This document shows, in pieces, positions 39,839 to 52,121 of a DNA stretch of 64,000 nt. A program made the position numbers and the translations under genes. This DNA comes from Thermodesulfobacteriota bacterium. GTDB lineage: Bacteria > Desulfobacterota_D > UBA1144. The DNA lies in the NCBI GenBank assembly GCA_029246845.1, contig JAQWMJ010000006.1:22221-86220 (forward strand). The letters run 5' to 3'. Position 1 is the first letter of the stretch. Every line of letters begins with the position of its first letter. Below the pieces are notes generated by a model that did no database searches, was not told the origin of the DNA, and saw nothing but the letters and a program-made list of their open reading frames with translations.

Positions 39839-41923
39839 CTATTCTAATATTTTCATCACTTCAGACAAAGTTGAAACCGGCAAATTGCAGCTATAATCCT
39901 TACATATATATATTTCAAATTTATCAGAAATATCTGGCAGAAAACTATCACAATTATTTATAATCTTTTTATAATTATCTAAATCATTTGAAGTTGAAAC
40001 ATAATAAATTAATTTGTTGTAATGATTAAAATCTCTTAAATAATTTACTGTCTCATTGCTGTAGTCTAACTCCCTACCCGGATTAACAACAACGATTTGA
40101 AGACTATCACTTAAGAGAGTTAAATGGTTTGCTAAGAATTGAGCCAAGTTGATTGGGAACTTTTTAGCCATTTCACCCAATTGAAGCGATAGCTTGTTAG
40201 CCTTCTCTAATATAATAGGATTGTTACAGTACCCTCCAATTTTAATGAGTCCAAATAAAGCTACCGAATTTCCCGCCGGTATGGCCCCATCTAAAAGATT
40301 CTTTTGCCTGACAATTACATCTTTAGAACTTTCAGGAGTTGCATAAAATGAACCCTTATCATTATCCCAAAAAAGTTCGATCATTTTTTCACAAATATTT
40401 CGTCCTGTATCTAACATGGTTGGATCAAGAGTAGCTTCGTATAAATCAACACATGCTTTGGTTAAAAAAGCATAATCATCAATCATTCCATCAATAGAAG
40501 CATGATCACCTCTGAGACAATGAAAAAGAGTAAAGTCTTTTCTTATCATATTGTTCTTTATAAATTCATAACTATTTATAGCCGAGGACAAATAGTTATC
40601 CTGCCTAAAAACAACTGATGATTTTGATAGAGCTGAAATCATCATACTGTTCCAGTCAGTTAATATTTTATCATCTAGACTAGGCCTAACTCTTTTATCT
40701 CTTGCGCTTTTTAATTTATGCTTAATTCTGTTCGATTCTTCTTTTATTGACTGGTGATCAATTGAAAAAATGGACGAAAAAGTTTCAAGCTCATCTTTTA
40801 AGTAAATTATATTTTTTCCATTTCTGCTTTTAGAAACCTCCTCATTAAAATTTCCATCTTGTTCAATGCTATATAAATGTTCGAAAAAAGCAGATTCATC
40901 TTTCGTCAAAATGCTTCTAATTTCTTCAAGATCCCAAGTATAAAAAGCTCCCTCCTCTCCTTCACTATCTGCATCCTCTGCTGAAAAAAAGGCTCCTTCT
41001 TTAGACCTTAAAACTTCATTAACATATGTATAAATTTCTTCAGCGGTTTCTCTAAACAAATCCTTGGATGATAGGCTATAAGCTTCTGCAAAAGACTCAA
41101 GAATCATGGCCTGATCATAAAGCATCTTTTCAAAATGTGGCACTTGCCATTTAATATCAGTAGAATATCTATGAAAACCAAAGCCAACATGGTCGAATAT
41201 TCCACCTAAACGCATGCTAGTCAATGTTTGCTCAACCATTCTCATTGCATCTTTTTGATCAAATAATTTATAAAATTTTGACAAGAAAATCATATTTTGT
41301 GGACTTGGAAACTTGGGTGCCTCACCAAAACCCCCATGCTTTTCATCATAAAAGTCCTTTATGCTCTCAAATATTTCTTTTAAATCTTCTTTTTTAACAA
41401 AGCTGTCTGGAACATTAGGATTAGAAACTTCTTTTAGGGAATTATATATAGAATCACATGAAGTCAGCACATCTTTTCTTTTCTCATCCCAAACCTCTTT
41501 AACTTTAGGAAGAAATTCACACAATCCAACTGAGCCTTTAGTGGAGTTCTTGGGGAAATATGTTCCCGCAAAAAAGGGGATTTTATCGGGTGTCAAAATT
41601 ACTGTAAGAGGCCACCCTCCACGCTTTGTCATCATTTGACATACAGACATATAAATACTATCCAAATCTGGTCTTTGTTCCCTATCTACTTTAATTGAAA
41701 TAAAGTTCTTATTTAGGATTAGAGCAACTTCTTCATCCTCAAAAGACTCTTTTTCCATCACGTGGCACCAATGGCAAGTTGAATATCCAATAGACAAAAA
41801 AACTGGCAAATCTTTTTCTTTGGCAAGTCTAAAAGCTTCTTCACCCCAAGGGAGCCAGTTAACTGGGTTAGATGAATGTTGAAGTAAATATGGGCTATTT
41901 TCATTACTTAGTTTATTTTTCAT
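39839..41923 (-). CDS. thioredoxin-domain protein of the DUF255/YyaL family (thioredoxin fold plus six-hairpin glycosidase-like domain)
   Basis: 694 aa; N-terminal WLPWGEEAF...[15 protein letters not shown] (CxxC) characteristic of DUF255; 11-nt overlap with the upstream UDG-like gene. Confidence 0.75.
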   Translation of the reverse strand: MKNKLSNENSPYLLQHSSNPVNWLPWGEEAFRLAKEKDLPVFLSIGYSTCHWCHVMEKESFEDEEVALILNKNFISIKVDREQRPDLDSIYMSVCQMMTKRGGWPLTVILTPDKIPFFAGTYFPKNSTKGSVGLCEFLPKVKEVWDEKRKDVLTSCDSIYNSLKEVSNPNVPDSFVKKEDLKEIFESIKDFYDEKHGGFGEAPKFPSPQNMIFLSKFYKLFDQKDAMRMVEQTLTSMRLGGIFDHVGFGFHRYSTDIKWQVPHFEKMLYDQAMILESFAEAYSLSSKDLFRETAEEIYTYVNEVLRSKEGAFFSAEDADSEGEEGAFYTWDLEEIRSILTKDESAFFEHLYSIEQDGNFNEEVSKSRNGKNIIYLKDELETFSSIFSIDHQSIKEESNRIKHKLKSARDKRVRPSLDDKILTDWNSMMISALSKSSVVFRQDNYLSSAINSYEFIKNNMIRKDFTLFHCLRGDHASIDGMIDDYAFLTKACVDLYEATLDPTMLDTGRNICEKMIELFWDNDKGSFYATPESSKDVIVRQKNLLDGAIPAGNSVALFGLIKIGGYCNNPIILEKANKLSLQLGEMAKKFPINLAQFLANHLTLLSDSLQIVVVNPGRELDYSNETVNYLRDFNHYNKLIYYVSTSNDLDNYKKIINNCDSFLPDISDKFEIYICKDYSCNLPVSTLSEVMKILE

Positions 41924-42494
41924 CTAAAACCTCTTTGTTCACCTTTTTAATATCTTCCCAAACCAATCTTTTCTTAGACTGATCATTAACAATTGAATTT
42001 AAATCTAATGTACAAATTAATTTTGAGTTAAATAAATCAAAAAAATTATTTCTCAGACTAAGAATAGAGTTATTGGAGTTCAAAGCAAGTTGAGAAATTG
42101 TTTCACCAAAACATACAATAATTATTGGGCTACAAAGTTTTATTTTCTCAATTATTAATTTATTAAGAAGTTTAACTCCATCAATTTGATTATCAGTGAA
42201 ATCAAAGTTAGATGTATCTAAAGTTGCAAACTGTTGGTGCGTGATATTCATTCCTTTTTTAATTATGTTCCCAAATAAAACCCCTTCTTCTGAATCTTTG
42301 GAGCTTAAGTGGTCACCAACAAAAAGTACCTTTACCGGAACCACTGAACTCTTGGGATTCATATTGTTCTTTAATTTAGAAAGAGTGGCCTTTTGTTCGT
42401 TAGTAACCAGTAACCCTTTAAGCCCTAAAGATTTTAGCATTCTAGTTCGTCTTTCAATCTTAACTTTATCTAAATTTTTAACTTGAAGATTCAT
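41913..42494 (-). CDS. uracil-DNA glycosylase superfamily (family 4/5-like) protein with degenerate catalytic motif
   Basis: 193 aa; [21 protein letters not shown] aligns to UDG family 4 motif A (llVGEAPGxxEDxxGxPFvG), but GEAPG is replaced by GDHLS; no HPS motif B at the C-terminus. Confidence 0.45.
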   Translation of the reverse strand: MNLQVKNLDKVKIERRTRMLKSLGLKGLLVTNEQKATLSKLKNNMNPKSSVVPVKVLFVGDHLSSKDSEEGVLFGNIIKKGMNITHQQFATLDTSNFDFTDNQIDGVKLLNKLIIEKIKLCSPIIIVCFGETISQLALNSNNSILSLRNNFFDLFNSKLICTLDLNSIVNDQSKKRLVWEDIKKVNKEVLDEK

Positions 42495-42542
42495 GTTATA
42501 TATATAAAACTAAACTATAAATTATTTTTGGCAAAAAAAGAT

Positions 42543-44981
42543 ATGGAATATAATTTTTTAGATATCGAGAATAAATGGCAAAAAAACTGGGAAGATAGCT
42601 CTATTTTCTGTCCCGATAAAAATAGCAAAAAACCAAAATATTATATTTTAGAGATGTTTCCTTATCCATCAGGCAAGATTCATATGGGACATGTAAGAAA
42701 TTATGCAATCGGGGATGTTTCAGCAAGATTTAAAAGATCTCAAGGGTTCAATGTTCTTCATCCAATGGGTTGGGATGCTTTCGGCATGCCTGCAGAAAAT
42801 GCAGCTATAAAGAACAATGTGCATCCTAAAGAATGGACTTATGAAAATATTGAGGCCATGAAAGTCCAGCTTAAGCAAATGGGTCTTTCGTATGACTGGA
42901 GCAGAGAAATAAGAACATGTGATAAAGAATATTTCGTCCATGAACAAAAATTTTTCTTGGAGCTCTATAATGCAGGATTGGCATACAAAAAAGAGTCCTT
43001 TGTAAACTGGGACCCTGTTGATCAAACAGTCCTCGCAAACGAACAAGTTGTAGATGGAAAAGGATGGAGGTCTGGGGCACTTGTAGAACAAAAGAAATTA
43101 TCTCAATGGTTCTTAAAAATAACCGATTTTGCAGAAGATCTTTTAAAGGGGCTAGGAGATTTAAGTTTATGGCCGAAAAAAGTCTTATCGATGCAAGAAA
43201 ACTGGATAGGTAAATCCATTGGGGCTACTATTAAGTTTAAAATTATTGGTTCAAGTGAATTAATAGAAGTTTTTACCACAAGGCCTGACACCATATATGG
43301 TGCTTCTTTCATAGGTTTATCGGCAGACCATATTATTAGCATTAAACTTGCAAAAAATAATAAGAAAATCTCTGATTTCATTAAAATTTGCAAACAAGCT
43401 GGAACAACGAATGTGGATTTAGAAAAAGCAGAAAAGATAGGAATCAATACTAACATCTTAGTTGAACATCCGTTTACAAAAGAACAAATACCCGTATATA
43501 TTGCAAACTTTATTCTAATAAACTATGGGACTGGAGCAATATTTGGCTGTCCAGCACATGACCAGAGAGATTTTGATTTTGCTAAAAAATATAATCTTAG
43601 AATAAAACAAGTAGTTAGCCCAAACAATAAAGAACAAGAGCTTGTAGAGGCATTTGTTGATAAAGGAACAATGATTAACTCAGAATTCTTGGATGGGTTA
43701 ACCATCGAAGATGCAAAATTGAGAGTCATAAAAAAACTTAAAGATAAAAATCTTGCAGAATCATCTATAAAATATAAATTAAGAGACTGGGGAGTGTCAC
43801 GACAAAGATACTGGGGAACGCCGATTCCAATATACTATTCAAACGATGGTGATCCTATTCCCGTAGAAGATAATGAGCTACCTGTGGAGCTTCCAAAAAA
43901 AATAGATTTTAATAAAAATGGAAATCCTTTAGATTCACATCCAACCTGGAAGCATGTAAAAAGTAAAGATGGAAAAATAATTGGAACAAGGGAGACGGAT
44001 ACTTTTGATACATTTTTCGAATCATCTTGGTATTTTGCTAGATTTTGCTCACCTCAATCAGAAAAGATGTTTGATAAACAATACAAAGACTGGATGCCTG
44101 TAGATCTTTATATAGGCGGTGTTGAGCATGCAATACTTCATCTATTGTACTCTAGGTTCTTCACGCATGCCCTAAAGAGACTAGGAAAAAGTCATATCAC
44201 AGAACCTTTTAAGAAACTTGTAACACAAGGAATGGTCCTAAAAGATGGGGCAAAAATGTCTAAGTCTCTAGGCAACACAGTCGATCCTCAAGAGATAATA
44301 AGAAAATACGGTGCAGATTCTGTCAGAGTTTTTATTTTGTTTTCAGCTCCAGTTGAAAAAGACTTAGAGTGGAACGATAAAGGTATTGAAGGTGCCAGTA
44401 GATTTATAAAAAGAATGTGGAAAATAATATATGAGAATATTGAATCAATAAATTCTTCTTTTAATAAAGATATCAATACAGTTAAAGATGACGAAAAAGC
44501 TTTTTTAATTAAAATTCATAAAACAACAGAAAAAATAACTAGGGATATTGAAAACCTTCAATTTAATACCTGTATAGCTGCACTAATGGAGCTCTTAAAT
44601 TTTGCTTATAAGTTTAAAGAAAAAAATAATAATGAAAAGCTTTTTGGTTTTTTTATTTACCAGTTCTTGCAGCTAGCTAATCCATTTATTCCGCATGTGA
44701 CAAATGAGCTTTGGGAATTAGCAAAATTTAATAAGAAAAATATTAACTTAATATGGCCAGAGTATGATCAATCAATAATTGAAAAAGATGAGGTTATTAT
44801 TGCTGTACAGATTAATGGAAAAACTCGTGGGTCAACGCCCCTATTGTTTGAAGACGAAAGTGATGAAGATATATCTCTGAGAGTTTCTAAGTCCAAGGAT
44901 TTTGCAAAATTTTTAGAAGGAAAAGAAATCATAAAGAAAATCTATGTAAAAAATAGGTTGATTAATATAATAATTAAATAG
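42543..44981 (+). CDS. leuS: leucyl-tRNA synthetase
   Basis: Starts [16 protein letters not shown] at the ATG at 42543 (the track ORF begins upstream at 42483); HMGHVRNY (HIGH) and KMSKS motifs. Confidence 0.88.
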   Translation: MEYNFLDIENKWQKNWEDSSIFCPDKNSKKPKYYILEMFPYPSGKIHMGHVRNYAIGDVSARFKRSQGFNVLHPMGWDAFGMPAENAAIKNNVHPKEWTYENIEAMKVQLKQMGLSYDWSREIRTCDKEYFVHEQKFFLELYNAGLAYKKESFVNWDPVDQTVLANEQVVDGKGWRSGALVEQKKLSQWFLKITDFAEDLLKGLGDLSLWPKKVLSMQENWIGKSIGATIKFKIIGSSELIEVFTTRPDTIYGASFIGLSADHIISIKLAKNNKKISDFIKICKQAGTTNVDLEKAEKIGINTNILVEHPFTKEQIPVYIANFILINYGTGAIFGCPAHDQRDFDFAKKYNLRIKQVVSPNNKEQELVEAFVDKGTMINSEFLDGLTIEDAKLRVIKKLKDKNLAESSIKYKLRDWGVSRQRYWGTPIPIYYSNDGDPIPVEDNELPVELPKKIDFNKNGNPLDSHPTWKHVKSKDGKIIGTRETDTFDTFFESSWYFARFCSPQSEKMFDKQYKDWMPVDLYIGGVEHAILHLLYSRFFTHALKRLGKSHITEPFKKLVTQGMVLKDGAKMSKSLGNTVDPQEIIRKYGADSVRVFILFSAPVEKDLEWNDKGIEGASRFIKRMWKIIYENIESINSSFNKDINTVKDDEKAFLIKIHKTTEKITRDIENLQFNTCIAALMELLNFAYKFKEKNNNEKLFGFFIYQFLQLANPFIPHVTNELWELAKFNKKNINLIWPEYDQSIIEKDEVIIAVQINGKTRGSTPLLFEDESDEDISLRVSKSKDFAKFLEGKEIIKKIYVKNRLINIIIK

Positions 44982-46137
44982 TTATTTTTTTAATTCTTTC
45001 CACTGCTTCTTCTAATCTTTTATCATTTAAAGTAACGGATGCTCTAGTATAACCTTCGCCATACTCACCAAAACCTGTTCCAGGCGTCATAACTATTCCA
45101 GCGTCCTCTAAAAGACTATTGGCAAAATCTTTTGATAAGATGCCATTTGGGTTTTTAAACCAAACATAAAAAGTTCCCATAGGTTTATAAACCTCAATTC
45201 CTATTGATTCGAGGCCAGAAGATAAAAGTTCAGATCTTTTTTTATAAATATCTATTCTATCTTGAAGCTCGTCCTGGTAGTTTCTAAGGGCCTCAATACC
45301 CGCTTCTTGAACTGCTTGAAAGGCTCCTGAATCAATATTTGTTTTAATCTTTCCGATTGCAGCTACCGCGCTTTCGTTTCCAGCTACGTGTCCCAATCTC
45401 CAGCCTGTCATGCTAAAGGTCTTAGATAGGCTATGAAACTCAATTCCAACATCTAGGGCTCCGTCATATTCCAAGAAACTCTTCGGCTTTTCCTGAAAAT
45501 AGACCTCCGTATAAGCTGCGTCATGGCAAATTAAAATATTATTTTTAAAAGCAAAATCAATAGCTTTTTTAAAAAACTCATCATTTGCAAAAGCAGATGT
45601 TGGGTTGTTTGGATAATTAAGAAACATGATTTTTGTTTTTTTCAAAATATCCTCTGGAATTATATCTAAGTCAGGCATGAAGCCATTAGACTCGAGCAGG
45701 GGCATAACATACGGTGTCCCACCCGCAAATTCTGTAGCCACACTGTAAACAGGGTATCCAGGGTCCGGAACAAGAGCTATATCTCCTGGGTTAATAAAAG
45801 CCAAAGGAGCGTGTGCCACCCCCTCCTTGGATCCTATTAAGGCAATTACATTTTTATTTCCTTTAATCTCAACATTAAAACGTCTTTTGTACCAAGTTGC
45901 GACTTCGTCTCTGAAAGACATCATTCCTGCATATGAAGGATATCTGTGGTTCTCAGGATTTAACGACGAACTATGAAGGGCATCTATTATTCTTTTTGGT
46001 GTTGGTATGTCGGGATCTCCAACCCCAAGATCTATAACATCTATACCTTTATCTATTAAGGCATCCTTTTTAGCGTCAATTTCAGCAAACAAGTAAGGCG
46101 GAAGGTTTTTAATTCTATCTGACCAATCTATTTTCAT
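44974..46137 (-). CDS. class I/II PLP-dependent aminotransferase (LL-diaminopimelate aminotransferase-like)
   Basis: 387 aa; [15 protein letters not shown]-lysine region; N-terminal [11 protein letters not shown]. Confidence 0.65.
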   Translation of the reverse strand: MKIDWSDRIKNLPPYLFAEIDAKKDALIDKGIDVIDLGVGDPDIPTPKRIIDALHSSSLNPENHRYPSYAGMMSFRDEVATWYKRRFNVEIKGNKNVIALIGSKEGVAHAPLAFINPGDIALVPDPGYPVYSVATEFAGGTPYVMPLLESNGFMPDLDIIPEDILKKTKIMFLNYPNNPTSAFANDEFFKKAIDFAFKNNILICHDAAYTEVYFQEKPKSFLEYDGALDVGIEFHSLSKTFSMTGWRLGHVAGNESAVAAIGKIKTNIDSGAFQAVQEAGIEALRNYQDELQDRIDIYKKRSELLSSGLESIGIEVYKPMGTFYVWFKNPNGILSKDFANSLLEDAGIVMTPGTGFGEYGEGYTRASVTLNDKRLEEAVERIKKITI

Positions 46138-46177
46138 AATAGGCTTAACTCTAACGTAAAAAAAAAATTACTTCAAA

Positions 46178-47233
46178 TTAGTTTTTATCTAGCTTAAAAA
46201 GAATAAATTTAAACTTTTCACCAAAGTCGATGGGAGAGATTAATTTTTTAAAATCTCTCAAATACAGGTTGTTATCTTCTGCGTTTTCAGTTGGTATAAA
46301 ATCTAAAATATTATTTGAGAGCAAAAAATTCAATTGGGAGTAAAATCCTATCTCTTTAAACCCATATTTTTTGGCAATAAGACTTAAGAGCTTAAAATTC
46401 ACATCATAAGTTATATCTTGATTCGCTATATTGTTATAAAAATCTCTTGAGACATCATGCTTATAGAAGCATCTACAAGTCCCATGGGGGTCAGATGAAG
46501 AATGAAAAAAATCAGACCTTTCTCCATAGTCATTGACTAAAATATTAAGATTTATAAACTTTTTACTGAGCTCATCAAAGTATTTCTCATACTCTATTAT
46601 AGGAAGTTCAAAATAAAAATTGTCTACTATTTGTAGGTCATACTGTTCCATTTTCGTGACAAGAGAATCTCCTGCCCTAACTAAGACCTCTGAAATTTTG
46701 TTATTTTCTTTTTTAATATTAACAAGAAATAAAACATTCTCTTTCATTACACATCTTTCAAAAGTTAGGGCATCAAAAAATTCATTACAAAACAAGAACG
46801 ACTCATTGGCTTTTTTTTCTATATTTGCAATTGTTGTAAAAATGCTTAGCTTTTTTTTATGAACATCAAGTAGATCTGCAATTTTATTGTGAATATTAAC
46901 GTTTTGTTCAATTAATATAATTTCTAATTTTTCATATATCTTAGGTGCAGAATTTTTTATGTAATCTGCCACTGAGCACATCAAACTTCCATCATTAGGT
47001 CCCAGTTCTATTAAAGAAATTTTATCCGACTTATGATTATGAATAACTTTTGTAAGGAAAAAATTAGCTATTGTTTCTCCATAAGTTTTTGATAAAATCG
47101 GTGAAGTTAAAAAATCACCCTTTTTACCAACATGTGAGTCTTTCTTGTAGTAGCCTTTTGGACCATATAATGCATAAGTTATAAACTCTGAGAAAGGAAC
47201 TTCCTTTTTGTTCTTAAATAAATCCTCTAGCAC
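46178..47233 (-). CDS. SAM-dependent methyltransferase, DUF185 / MidA (NDUFAF7-like) family
   Basis: 351 aa; IELGPNDGSLM glycine-rich SAM motif; family-typical length. Confidence 0.6.
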   Translation of the reverse strand: MLEDLFKNKKEVPFSEFITYALYGPKGYYKKDSHVGKKGDFLTSPILSKTYGETIANFFLTKVIHNHKSDKISLIELGPNDGSLMCSVADYIKNSAPKIYEKLEIILIEQNVNIHNKIADLLDVHKKKLSIFTTIANIEKKANESFLFCNEFFDALTFERCVMKENVLFLVNIKKENNKISEVLVRAGDSLVTKMEQYDLQIVDNFYFELPIIEYEKYFDELSKKFINLNILVNDYGERSDFFHSSSDPHGTCRCFYKHDVSRDFYNNIANQDITYDVNFKLLSLIAKKYGFKEIGFYSQLNFLLSNNILDFIPTENAEDNNLYLRDFKKLISPIDFGEKFKFILFKLDKN

Positions 47234-47295
47234 AAAATAAGAATAACAAATTTACTTAAAATTGTTTACATGTTAGGTATGGGTTAAAATAGAAT

Positions 47296-47856
47296 ATGGT
47301 TAAAAAAATGCGTATATCTAAGGTTTATACAAAATTTGGCGACAAAGGCAACACAATGCTAGTCAGTGGTGAAGTTATTTCGAAAAGCTCGGATAGGGTT
47401 GAATCATATGGCGAAGTAGATGAGTTAAACTCTGCATTAGGTGTTGCTTGTTCGGGCAATATGTTAGAAGAAATTAAAGAAATTATTAATTTGGTTCAAA
47501 ATGACTTATTTATAGTAGGGGCAGATCTGGCTTCCACTAAATCAACAAAAGTTCCTAGAATAGGAAAGATTAAAATAAATAAGTTGGAAAAAACAATTGA
47601 TCATTACAATAAGAAAGTTGGCCCTCTTAAAGAATTTATTTTGCCTTCTGGGTCTTCGGTAGGAAGCTATCTGCATCTAGCAAGAACTATATGTAGAAGA
47701 GCTGAAAGACGTATTGTTTTATTAGGCAAAACAGAATGGGTAAACCCAAATGTTTTAATCTATATTAATAGACTTTCTGACTTGCTATTCGTTTTAGCCA
47801 GACACCAAAATAAAGAAAGCGACGAAGGTGAGGTTTTTGTTAACTTTAAAAAATGA
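47296..47856 (+). CDS. ATP:cob(I)alamin adenosyltransferase, PduO type
   Basis: 186 aa; N-terminal SKVYTKFGDKGNT signature. Confidence 0.8.
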   Translation: MVKKMRISKVYTKFGDKGNTMLVSGEVISKSSDRVESYGEVDELNSALGVACSGNMLEEIKEIINLVQNDLFIVGADLASTKSTKVPRIGKIKINKLEKTIDHYNKKVGPLKEFILPSGSSVGSYLHLARTICRRAERRIVLLGKTEWVNPNVLIYINRLSDLLFVLARHQNKESDEGEVFVNFKK

Positions 47857-50393
47857 CAAATTCTACTTTTGCCGAGAAATTTCAAAATATTTATAAAGAA
47901 ATAAAAAATTTTCATTTGTTAAAGAAAAATTCCGGAATTCAAATTGCCAACAAATACTCAAATCAGATAGACAAACTCATTTCTTCTGAAGTAAGCTTAA
48001 GTTATAAAAATAAGGGAATAGCACTTTTAGCTCTTGGAGGATATGGTCGAAGAGAGCTTTGTATTCAGTCAGATATAGACATATTAATCCTTTACGAAAA
48101 AACCAGAAAAAGCGAAGCAGAAGATATAGCCGAGAAAATACTTTACAAGCTCTGGGATACGGGTTTAGAAGTAGGGAATTCTTTGAGAACAGTTGATGAC
48201 TGTCTTGAGCTCGCAAGCTCCCAAAACTCAACCGTTTTAAGCTCTTTATTAGACTTAAGAGCCATTGCTGGAGATTCACTCATACAAAAAAAACTACAAA
48301 ACGATATAAACAAAAAGCTTTTACCAAATATTTCGCAAAACTTTATAAACGAAAAAATCATTGAAAGAAAGAAAAGGCATATAAAATATGGTTCTGCAAC
48401 ATACTTGACTGAACCAAACATAAAGGAGGGTGCAGGATGCCTTAGAGACATTCATTCAATTTTTTGGATTCTTAAAGCATTTCATTCACAAATTGAAATT
48501 AATAAATTTTTAGGAGCGGGGTTTTTAAATAAAAATGAACTAAAAATTATAAATGAATCCTTGAATTTTCTTCTAACAATAAGGAACCACTTACATATAA
48601 ATAAAAAACATGATATCGACATTATTGATTTTGATTCTCAAATTAAAGCAGCTGATTTTTTTAATATAGAAGATGAAAACTTTTTAACAAAACAAACCCT
48701 TTTTATGAAGAAGTTGTATGGGACTATAAATAAACTTGGGGAGCTGACAGACAAGATAATTCAGAAGACTATAAGTAAAAAAATATTCACCTCCAAGAGA
48801 ATACAGAACCTAGATGATTTTTTTATTATTCACAGAGGAATGCTCAGAGCTATAAACCCTGGAGAATTGTTTCGCAATCCACGAAATATTTTAAAAGTAT
48901 TTGAGTACTCTGTAATTCACGATTGCGATATTTCTGATGATCTGTTAAGGGAAATAAGAAAAGTTAGGACGTTTCGATTCTCAGCCAGCGAAGAAAAAGT
49001 AATAAGCAAACACTTTATTGAAATACTTAAGAAAGGAAGAAATATCTTTAAGATTCTTTCTAGTCTTAACAAAAACAATATTTTATCTTTTTTAATTCAT
49101 CAATTTGAAGTCATAAAAAACCTACCTCTGGCCGATCCATCTCATATTTACACAGTTGATGTTCACTCTATATTGCTGATTGACGAATATGAAAAACTTA
49201 TCAATGGTGAGTATAAAAAGGAATTTCCTTTTGAATCAAATATTGCTTCTAAATTAAAAAAGAAAGAAGCTTTTTACTTAACTTGTCTGTTGCACGACAT
49301 AGGAAAAGGCTATGGAAACAATCATGCCGAAAGAGGAAGTAAAATTACAAAAGATATTTGTCAGAATTTGTTTTGTGATGATGAGTTAACTCATACGGTT
49401 GAATTCTTAGTTAAAGAACACTTAATAATGTCTAGCTATTCACAAAAGAGGGATTTGGATGATAGCCAATTAATTGAAGAGTTTAAAAATAGAGTCCAGT
49501 CAAAAGAAAATCTTCAGTATTTGTTTATACTTACTTTCTGTGACCTAAGAAGCGTTGCGCCCGATGTTTGGTCAAATTGGAAAGGGAACTTGCTTTCACT
49601 CCTTTTTAAAAAAGCTAATGAACTATTTATTAATTCCAAATCGAAACAAAAAACTCTAATGGTAAAAATAACTAAAAAAGACCAAATATTTAAAAGTATA
49701 GATGAGGCAAAATTTAAAGAAATTGCTGGTCGTCATTTCTCCACTTATTTTAATACTTACACACTAGAAGAATTAAAATACCAGATAGAAATTCTGATGA
49801 ATCAAACTAAAGATATCTCTCTTAAAGTCAAATACAGCCAAAAAAATAATGTTGACCAAGTAACAATATGGTCGAAGAAACAGACTGTAGGTTTTGCAGA
49901 GATTTGCGGAAAACTTTCCTCTGCAAGCATCAATATTTATTCTGGAAGAACAACTGTACTTAAGAAAAACCTTGCGCTCTATACATTCGAGGTTAATAGA
50001 TTTGGAAAATCAACTTTTAGTGATAGGGGCATATGGGGTTCGATTCAAAGTGAGCTTGAGCAAAAAGAAGTTGTTATCGAAGAAAGCAAAATTGGAAAAA
50101 ATATATCATCAATACTAAATCGTGTTAAAATTGAAACAAAGATAAAAGTTGACAATAACTCTTCTAATAACTATACGATAATAGAACTTTCATCAGCAGA
50201 TAAACCAGGCCTACTATATGAAATTTCCAAAAATTTAAAAAATTTGGGGCTGTCGCTGGGGTTGGTTAAAATTTCTACTAGAAGAGGTTCTGTTGATGAT
50301 TCTTTTTATGTAAAGAAAATAAGTGGGGGGAAGCTTGTCGAAGAAAATGACATCGAACTTATAAAGAGGAGCTTGAAAAATATATTAATATGA
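47853..50393 (+). CDS. glnD: [protein-PII] uridylyltransferase/uridylyl-removing enzyme
   Basis: 846 aa; nucleotidyltransferase GGYGRRELCIQSDIDI, HD domain (LLHDIGKG), two C-terminal ACT-like segments; ATGA overlap with the upstream gene. Confidence 0.82.
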   Translation: MTNSTFAEKFQNIYKEIKNFHLLKKNSGIQIANKYSNQIDKLISSEVSLSYKNKGIALLALGGYGRRELCIQSDIDILILYEKTRKSEAEDIAEKILYKLWDTGLEVGNSLRTVDDCLELASSQNSTVLSSLLDLRAIAGDSLIQKKLQNDINKKLLPNISQNFINEKIIERKKRHIKYGSATYLTEPNIKEGAGCLRDIHSIFWILKAFHSQIEINKFLGAGFLNKNELKIINESLNFLLTIRNHLHINKKHDIDIIDFDSQIKAADFFNIEDENFLTKQTLFMKKLYGTINKLGELTDKIIQKTISKKIFTSKRIQNLDDFFIIHRGMLRAINPGELFRNPRNILKVFEYSVIHDCDISDDLLREIRKVRTFRFSASEEKVISKHFIEILKKGRNIFKILSSLNKNNILSFLIHQFEVIKNLPLADPSHIYTVDVHSILLIDEYEKLINGEYKKEFPFESNIASKLKKKEAFYLTCLLHDIGKGYGNNHAERGSKITKDICQNLFCDDELTHTVEFLVKEHLIMSSYSQKRDLDDSQLIEEFKNRVQSKENLQYLFILTFCDLRSVAPDVWSNWKGNLLSLLFKKANELFINSKSKQKTLMVKITKKDQIFKSIDEAKFKEIAGRHFSTYFNTYTLEELKYQIEILMNQTKDISLKVKYSQKNNVDQVTIWSKKQTVGFAEICGKLSSASINIYSGRTTVLKKNLALYTFEVNRFGKSTFSDRGIWGSIQSELEQKEVVIEESKIGKNISSILNRVKIETKIKVDNNSSNNYTIIELSSADKPGLLYEISKNLKNLGLSLGLVKISTRRGSVDDSFYVKKISGGKLVEENDIELIKRSLKNILI

Positions 50394-51997
50394 ACAAAAA
50401 ATATATATCGGAAATAAAAACCGATTTTTTGATTATAGGTTCAGGATTGTCGGGGCTTTATTCTGCAATCTATGCATCTAAATTTGGCAAAGTAACTTTA
50501 ATAACAAAATCCTCAATTCAGGAAAGTAATTCTTATTGGGCTCAAGGTGGAATTGCGGCAGCTATAAATAATGACGATTCAATTGAAATACACAAGAAAG
50601 ATACCCTTTCTGTAGGTTGTGGGCTTAACAACGAAGGAGCTGTGAACACTATGGTTTCAGAGGGAACAGAGCGCGTACAAGGATTAATAGATCAGGGGAT
50701 GAATTTTGATAGAGCAAAATCAGGTTTTGATTTTGGAATTGAGGGTGGCCATAGCAGAAGAAGGATTCTACATGCATTGGGAAATGAAACGGGAAAAGCT
50801 GTAGTTGATTTTTTATGTAAAGAAGTTGAAAAAAATAATAAAATTACAATTTATGAAAACTCTTTTGTAATTGATCTGTTCTCTGACTCTAAATCATGCT
50901 TTGGTTGTTTAGTCTTTTCTGATAAAGAAAAAAATAAAATTAGTATCCACTCAAAGGCTACAATTCTTGCTACAGGTGGGGGGTGTGGGCTATATTCCCA
51001 ATCATCGAATCCATCCAGCACATCAGGTGACGGAATAGCGCTTGGACTTAACGCAGGTGCTGTGGTTAAAGATATGGAATTCATACAATTCCATCCAACG
51101 GTCTTTTCTAAAGAAGGTGCTCAGAATTTTCTTATCTCAGAAGCAATAAGAGGTGAAGGTGGTCAGCTTATTAACCATTCAAGAAGCAGATTTATGGAAA
51201 ACTATTCGAAACAACTAGAGCTTGCTCCAAGAGACATAGTAGCAAGAGCAATATTTAATGAGATGAGAACTAATGGTGAAAAAAATGTTTTTCTATCATT
51301 GAAGCATTTAAAACCCAGTCTAATAAAAAACAGATTTAAAAATACTTTTGAGCTCTGCCTGCGAGAAGGTCTAGATATTACAAAAGATGATATTCCGGTA
51401 TCCCCTGCTGCGCACTATATGATTGGGGGTATCAAAACAAATATTTCCTCACAAACCAACATCAAGAATCTGTATGCTTGCGGAGAAGTTGCTTGCGTCG
51501 GTGCTCATGGTGCAAACAGGCTAGCGAGCAACTCTCTTTTAGAGTGTTTAGTTTTTGCAAAAAGAGCTATAGATTCGGCTGTAAAATTATCAAAAAAAGA
51601 AATGAAAATTCCTAAAGATTTAATAGAAAGGGCTAAAAAATGCTCTCTAATATCATCGGATAAGAAAGTTGAGTCATATTTAAACTATAGGATACTGCTT
51701 TCACAAACTATAAATAATTATGTTGGAATTTTAAGAAATAAAAAAGATTTACTACTTGCTCTTAACGAAATTTCATCTATTAAAAGAACAAATTTAGATG
51801 AATTTGACCTTATAGACAAAAGGCTTATGAACCTAAAAAGTTTAACTTACCTAATTACAAAGTCTGCTCTATTAAGAGAAGAGTCACGAGGTGCCCACAT
51901 CCGAGAAGATTTTTCAAGTGAATCATCGAAGTGGCAAAAGCATATAAATTGGAAGCTAAACAATGGAACCTTGCGGTTTTCATACTCAAAGCAATGA
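50390..51997 (+). CDS. nadB: L-aspartate oxidase
   Basis: 535 aa; FAD GSGLSGL, succinate DH/fumarate reductase flavoprotein fold motifs; ATGA overlap with glnD. Confidence 0.85.
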   Translation: MNKKYISEIKTDFLIIGSGLSGLYSAIYASKFGKVTLITKSSIQESNSYWAQGGIAAAINNDDSIEIHKKDTLSVGCGLNNEGAVNTMVSEGTERVQGLIDQGMNFDRAKSGFDFGIEGGHSRRRILHALGNETGKAVVDFLCKEVEKNNKITIYENSFVIDLFSDSKSCFGCLVFSDKEKNKISIHSKATILATGGGCGLYSQSSNPSSTSGDGIALGLNAGAVVKDMEFIQFHPTVFSKEGAQNFLISEAIRGEGGQLINHSRSRFMENYSKQLELAPRDIVARAIFNEMRTNGEKNVFLSLKHLKPSLIKNRFKNTFELCLREGLDITKDDIPVSPAAHYMIGGIKTNISSQTNIKNLYACGEVACVGAHGANRLASNSLLECLVFAKRAIDSAVKLSKKEMKIPKDLIERAKKCSLISSDKKVESYLNYRILLSQTINNYVGILRNKKDLLLALNEISSIKRTNLDEFDLIDKRLMNLKSLTYLITKSALLREESRGAHIREDFSSESSKWQKHINWKLNNGTLRFSYSKQ

Positions 51998-52121
51998 TTT
52001 ATGTTGATTCACATTGTATTAAATAAAAAAAATGCTATAATTTTTTGCGGTGCGTTGCAGTTCGGTATTTACTGAAAGTACTCCATAAATTAAGTATATT
52101 TTAACTAAAAGGTGAAGTTTA

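Noticed and set aside
51998-52121. Structured element in the 124-bp nadB-korA spacer (GC-richer segment TGCGGTGCGTTGCAGTTCGGTATTTACTGAAAGTACTCC)
   Set aside because: It is locally GC-richer than the surroundings, but I could not fold a convincing terminator or known riboswitch. It probably just holds the korA promoter and its 5'-UTR.
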